The notes under the pieces were generated by a model. That model worked only from the letters and a program-made list of their open reading frames with translations. It was not told the origin of the DNA and ran no database searches. From Candidatus Poribacteria bacterium (GTDB taxonomy: Bacteria > Poribacteria > WGA-4E > WGA-3G), in assembly GCA_963666305.1 (NCBI GenBank), contig OY762722.1:5092812-5156811 (forward strand): a stretch of DNA of 64,000 bases. Direction: 5' to 3'. Positions 59,988 through 64,000 of this stretch are shown piece after piece (within the stretch, counting starts at the first letter, position 1; each line of letters begins with the position of its first letter). The position numbers and the translations under genes were made by a program.

Positions 59988-60061
59988 CGCAGGGTAGAGC
60001 AGCCAGGTAGCTCGTCGGGCTCATAACCCGGAGGACGGGGGTTCAAATCCCCCCCCTGCAA
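59988..60061 (+). tRNA. Initiator tRNA-fMet(CAT)
   Basis: C1:A72 mismatch, GGG/CCC anticodon stem, CTCATAA loop, GTTCAAAT. Confidence 0.93.
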
Positions 60062-60225
60062 CTTCTTGAACTTTTTTGTGTTTAAGGAACACAATTAGAT
60101 TCGGGAAGTCTGGCAGCCGAAACGTATTCAAGCCGCTTCTGCACCCGCGCAATCGCCCGCATCGCGCTTCCTCACATTCTGATTTCTCAATTTGATACCG
60201 TACTTACAAGAAAAGGCAAAAATAC

Positions 60226-60254
60226 TTGACTTTTTCTGTAATATGTATTATACT
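60226..60254 (+). promoter_or_regulatory. Sigma70-type promoter for tRNA(CAT)-tilS-hpt
   Basis: TTGACT-17 bp-TATACT. Confidence 0.7.
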
Positions 60255-60301
60255 TAATGTATGAATTTTAGGGCAGAATTTACACGCCCATTCAGACATG
60301 T

Positions 60302-60375
60302 GCCGGTGTAGCTCAGTGGTTTAGAGCACACGACTCATAATCGTGCTGTCCGGAGTTCGACTCTCCGCACCGGCA
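60302..60375 (+). tRNA. tRNA(CAT): elongator Met or Ile2
   Basis: GCCGGTG/CACCGGC acceptor, cacga-ctcataa-tcgtg anticodon arm, GTTCGA. Confidence 0.9.
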
Positions 60376-60451
60376 TTGCCCTTTTTGGCGTAGTTTGCAA
60401 CCCAGTTAACATTCAAACGGCGAAACTCACTGTCAAAAACAGGCATACCTC

Positions 60452-61939
60452 ATGACAGCCGACTTTGTGCGACAGATGCACCGCTTTATTTTGCGGCACG
60501 CAATGATCAAGAATGGCGAAACAGTGCTTGTTGCAGTCTCAGGTGGTGCGGATTCTCTCGCACTCCTATACGGTTTGCACGCCTTACGTTCGCAACTCAA
60601 CTGCCAACTTCATGTCGCTCACTTAAATCACTGTCTCCGTCCAGACGCTGATGTGGATGCGGACTTTGTCCAGCAGCACGCAGCGTATTTGGGATTGTCT
60701 TGCACCATTCAATGTACCGATGTACCCCGTCTGGTCAAGCAATGGAAACTCTCTGTAGAGGCAGCGGCTCGGAGAGCGCGGTATCAATTTTTCGAGGAGA
60801 TCTGCGCGCAAATTGGAGCTACCAAGGTAACCTTAGGACACCATCGGGATGACACCGCCGAGACGGTTTTGATGAACCTCTTGCGAGGGAGTGGGTCCAC
60901 TGGGCTGAAAGGGATTACACCCATCAGGAATTTCAAGTTTATTCGACCGCTCTCGGAATTTAGGCAACAACAGATTGATACGTTTCTTGCGTCCAAAGGG
61001 TTAGTACCACGACAGGATTCAACCAACACGGATACCCGTTATCTCCGCAATCGTATCCGCCATGAGTTGATACCAAGGCTTGAAAGCGACTATAATCCGA
61101 ATATCAAAGTCGGATTAAGCCGGACTGCTGATGTATTAGGTGCTGAATCGGAATACCTCGACACAGTTGCGCAAGAGGCGTTTGAGACCTGTCGGATCCG
61201 AGATCCGGATAGCGTTAAGGTACTCGCAGCATCGGAAAATGTCATGTTGGACAGATCGAAGTTCCGACAGTTTCACATCGCAGTGCAGAGACGAGTGCTA
61301 CGGCTGAGTTTCTTTGAAATGTTAGAAGATATGGGCGATCTCTATTTTGAGCATTGTGAAGCGATGCTAAACCTTGTTGAGGGAAATGCTCCCAACGCTG
61401 TATTAGCACTGCCGAATGGTATACGATTCCGGCGTGTATATCAGTGTCTCATCTTTGAGGCGAACACAAGTCCCAGATCACCGCTTCCGGTTCAGACCGA
61501 GAGTTTTGCTTATCCGTTGGCTGTTCCCGGTAAAACGTATATCACTGCTTTAAATACGGAAATAACCGCTGAATTGGGCGATATTCCGTCTGGCGAGACG
61601 CTTCCGTTACCGGATGGAAGATTTGAAGCAATTTTTGATTATGAAAAGGTAAGTAGAGCGTCCGCATATCCCCCTTCAGAAGCATTTTCGCTTACAGTAC
61701 GCAATCGACGGCAAGGCGACCGGTTTCAGCCTTACGGTATGCGGGGAACGAAAAAGATTAAGGATTTTTTGATAGATGCCAAGGTGCCTCGCTACGAGCG
61801 CGATCGCATTCCGATGCTTGTGCGTGGTGATGAGATCCTCTGGATCGTTGGTTATACCACCAGTGATCCGTTCAAGATTCATCCCGGTACGCGGCAATAT
61901 CTTTACCTACGTTATGTCAGTGACAAAACCTTTTCCTGA
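60452..61939 (+). CDS. tilS: tRNA(Ile)-lysidine synthetase
   Basis: VAVSGGADS, HLNH, EAAARRARY, HHRDDTAET, RNRIR, C-terminal TilS domain. Confidence 0.95.
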   Translation: MTADFVRQMHRFILRHAMIKNGETVLVAVSGGADSLALLYGLHALRSQLNCQLHVAHLNHCLRPDADVDADFVQQHAAYLGLSCTIQCTDVPRLVKQWKLSVEAAARRARYQFFEEICAQIGATKVTLGHHRDDTAETVLMNLLRGSGSTGLKGITPIRNFKFIRPLSEFRQQQIDTFLASKGLVPRQDSTNTDTRYLRNRIRHELIPRLESDYNPNIKVGLSRTADVLGAESEYLDTVAQEAFETCRIRDPDSVKVLAASENVMLDRSKFRQFHIAVQRRVLRLSFFEMLEDMGDLYFEHCEAMLNLVEGNAPNAVLALPNGIRFRRVYQCLIFEANTSPRSPLPVQTESFAYPLAVPGKTYITALNTEITAELGDIPSGETLPLPDGRFEAIFDYEKVSRASAYPPSEAFSLTVRNRRQGDRFQPYGMRGTKKIKDFLIDAKVPRYERDRIPMLVRGDEILWIVGYTTSDPFKIHPGTRQYLYLRYVSDKTFS

Positions 61940-62477
61940 ATCCGTTCTTATTTCTGAATCCTGTCTTCAGAATCGCATTCGTGAACTCGGCACGCAAATA
62001 TTCACTGACTATGAGAACCGAGAGTTGGTCCTACTTGGTGTCCTTAGGGGCAGCGTCCTCTTTTTCGCGGATCTTGCCCGTGCTATCTTTAAGGCGCAGC
62101 ATGAAAGCCAAACGAGAGAAGTCACACTTCGTTTTGAGTTTGTGCAACTCGTGAGTTACCACGATAGTACGCAACCTTCGACAGTAGAGCTTATCCGTGG
62201 CGGTAGTGATTATCTCAAACAACGACATGTCCTCATTGTGGAAGACATTGTTGATACCGGACATACTTTAAATTTTCTCTGTGAACACCTTCAGACGTTG
62301 AACCCGAAAACCGTTAAAGTCTGTACACTTCTTGATAAACCTTCTCAACGTCAAGTGTCTGTTGCTGTTGATTATATCGGTTTTGAGATTCCAGATACTT
62401 TCGTCGTTGGGTACGGACTTGATTACGCACAGCAGTATCGAAATTTACCATACGTTGCTGTTTTGGAATCGATTTAA
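61914..62477 (+). CDS. hpt: Hypoxanthine phosphoribosyltransferase
   Basis: GVLRGS, LIVEDIVDTGHTL, LLDK, FVVGYGLDY..YRNLPY. Confidence 0.93.
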   Translation: MSVTKPFPESVLISESCLQNRIRELGTQIFTDYENRELVLLGVLRGSVLFFADLARAIFKAQHESQTREVTLRFEFVQLVSYHDSTQPSTVELIRGGSDYLKQRHVLIVEDIVDTGHTLNFLCEHLQTLNPKTVKVCTLLDKPSQRQVSVAVDYIGFEIPDTFVVGYGLDYAQQYRNLPYVAVLESI

Positions 62478-62609
62478 GTGCTTTCAGCCCAGAATCAGGG
62501 CTGTATAAGCGCAAAATTCAGTGCAAAATGTGTTTTTTCATTTTTTCTTGACAATAAATTAAACATTTAGTAGGATATTTGAAGTTATTATCTTGAAAGG
62601 AGATTCATA

Positions 62610-63392
62610 ATGCGTAAATTTGTTTCATTTGGTGTCTGTGGCGTTTTGATTGTAGGGTTTATCCTTCTGACACAAGCCCAAATGTCAGACAAAGCGCAAC
62701 TGGGGCGCGAACTTTTCCACGACCCAACTTTTAAGGGAACGATTAAACCAGGGAATAGATCCGGCTTCGCAACTGGGCTTTCCTGCGCAAACTGCCATGC
62801 AGATTTCGATGACACCGCAAATCCAGATGGTCTGATTCGAGCAGGGCACAGTGTTGTCGGTGTCCCGCACCGTGGAGAAGCAAAAGGCGGGATGATTAAA
62901 GGCGAGGATTTCGCACGTGCCGCTGGCGGCGGTGGCTTCTGTTATGAGCATTTCTTACATCGGATCCCAGGCGATAAAGTTAATCCCACGGCAATTCCAG
63001 CAGAGCATGCCGAAGCACTCATGGCTTACTTTGAAGCCATCTCAGGGGACAACAAAGGACCCGAATTTGAAATCGCAATGCTGGATGACGATGGAAAAAA
63101 AGCTGCGGGTGAGAAAATCGGTGCTATGAGTGGTGATGCAAGCAACGGATGGCAACTTTTCGGACGCGCCTGCATTGTCTGTCACCCGGGACCTTCTAAA
63201 GCTGGCATCGGTCCGCAACTCGTCCGTTCCAGAGCACCTCGCGATATTGATAAAACAATGGTGCGTTGGGCTACCAAAATCCGCGGTGGTGGGTCTCTTA
63301 TGCCGTTCTATGCACCTGACATCCTTAGTGACCAAGACATCGCTGATATTCTCGCATTCCTGCGTCAGGAAATAGAAAGCACAAAGAAATAA
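62610..63392 (+). CDS. Secreted diheme cytochrome c
   Basis: Signal peptide; CANCH and CIVCH; MP..LSDQDIADILAFL. Confidence 0.85.
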   Translation: MRKFVSFGVCGVLIVGFILLTQAQMSDKAQLGRELFHDPTFKGTIKPGNRSGFATGLSCANCHADFDDTANPDGLIRAGHSVVGVPHRGEAKGGMIKGEDFARAAGGGGFCYEHFLHRIPGDKVNPTAIPAEHAEALMAYFEAISGDNKGPEFEIAMLDDDGKKAAGEKIGAMSGDASNGWQLFGRACIVCHPGPSKAGIGPQLVRSRAPRDIDKTMVRWATKIRGGGSLMPFYAPDILSDQDIADILAFLRQEIESTKK

Positions 63393-63396
63393 ACAT

Positions 63397-63440
63397 AATC
63401 TGTGGTTGGAATGGGTATTTCAGCCACAGATTCTATTTTT
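63397..63440 (+). terminator. Probable intrinsic terminator
   Basis: aatctgtggttg / cagccacagatt stem followed by a T run. Confidence 0.65.
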
Positions 63441-63565
63441 GAATCTGTTTGATTTTCTGTAACCAACTCTCTTCGCTATTCGTTTTTTCAAACAAAATAG
63501 TAGTCGTGTTAGTCCCAAAACGTATAAGCGTTTGGCGGATCTAAATATGAAGAGAGGTTGGTGTC

Positions 63566-64000
63566 ATGAGAGAATCTCGATTCCTTACAATATCTTTTTA
63601 CATTCTCCTTGTAGGTTTCGTACTAAGTTTCGCGAGTTGTGGTGGAAGCAACCTAAACAACCCTGTATCAGAAGGGGATGCAACCGCTGACGGTAGCGAA
63701 AGTACCGACGATGTCGTTGAACTTGCACAAGATCTAAACGCTGAGGAGACGACAGAGCAGCTTGCCGATCTTGACGTAAAAATCACCGTTACGAAGAAAA
63801 CGGTGGAACCCGGTGAAGAGGTAGAACTGGCTGCTTCCGTCAAAGGGGTTAGAGGTACCAGTGTCACATTGAACTGGCTGAATATTACAAAGCATGGGAA
63901 ACTTTCCGCCTCCAGCGAAAATCCAATTACTTGGACTGCTCCCCAAACATTAAATGGAGAGAACGTCCAAGTTGAAGTCGTCCAACTGATCGTGACTGTG
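63566..64000 (+). CDS. Lipoprotein, 3'-partial (not in the ORF track)
   Basis: GAGG RBS; MRESRFLTISFYILLVGFVLSFASC lipobox; frame open to the window end, Ig-like VEPGEEVELAA...WTAP. Confidence 0.75.
   Translation, partial: MRESRFLTISFYILLVGFVLSFASCGGSNLNNPVSEGDATADGSESTDDVVELAQDLNAEETTEQLADLDVKITVTKKTVEPGEEVELAASVKGVRGTSVTLNWLNITKHGKLSASSENPITWTAPQTLNGENVQVEVVQLIVTV

Noticed and set aside
80-63946. Numerous short antisense or overlapping ORFs in the six-frame track
   Set aside because: They shadow well-supported genes on the opposite strand or frame and show no recognisable motifs.

Overview
A 64-kb bacterial chromosomal segment. Its gene content strongly resembles Candidatus Poribacteria (sponge symbionts); this is inference from four PhyH-type dioxygenases, many secreted LamG/beta-sandwich proteins ending in a shared 'VEPxGKLATTWGxIK' tail, GH32/GH95/sulfatase carbohydrate genes, and ankyrin and collagen-like proteins. 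Housekeeping genes are nfo, obgE-proB-proA, three tRNAs and tilS-hpt. Mobile and repeat DNA includes a complete IS4/IS701-like element (20-bp TIRs, 9-bp TSD) in the 5' end of an ankyrin gene, and an HUH (IS200/RAYT-like) tnpA with a ~770-bp mosaic palindrome array splitting proB from proA. There are also two MITEs, several REP-like families and a dispersed ~80-bp element. The best leads are the putative C-terminal sorting motif on six secreted proteins, the tnpA-palindrome array, a 9x28-bp repeat that multiplies a gene's RBS+ATG, an ABC-ATPase/nuclease-like pair, a modular collagen-linker lipoprotein family, and two GH32s lacking the canonical acid/base Glu. No CRISPR array or rRNA was seen. 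All assignments come from motif reading only; no searches were run.
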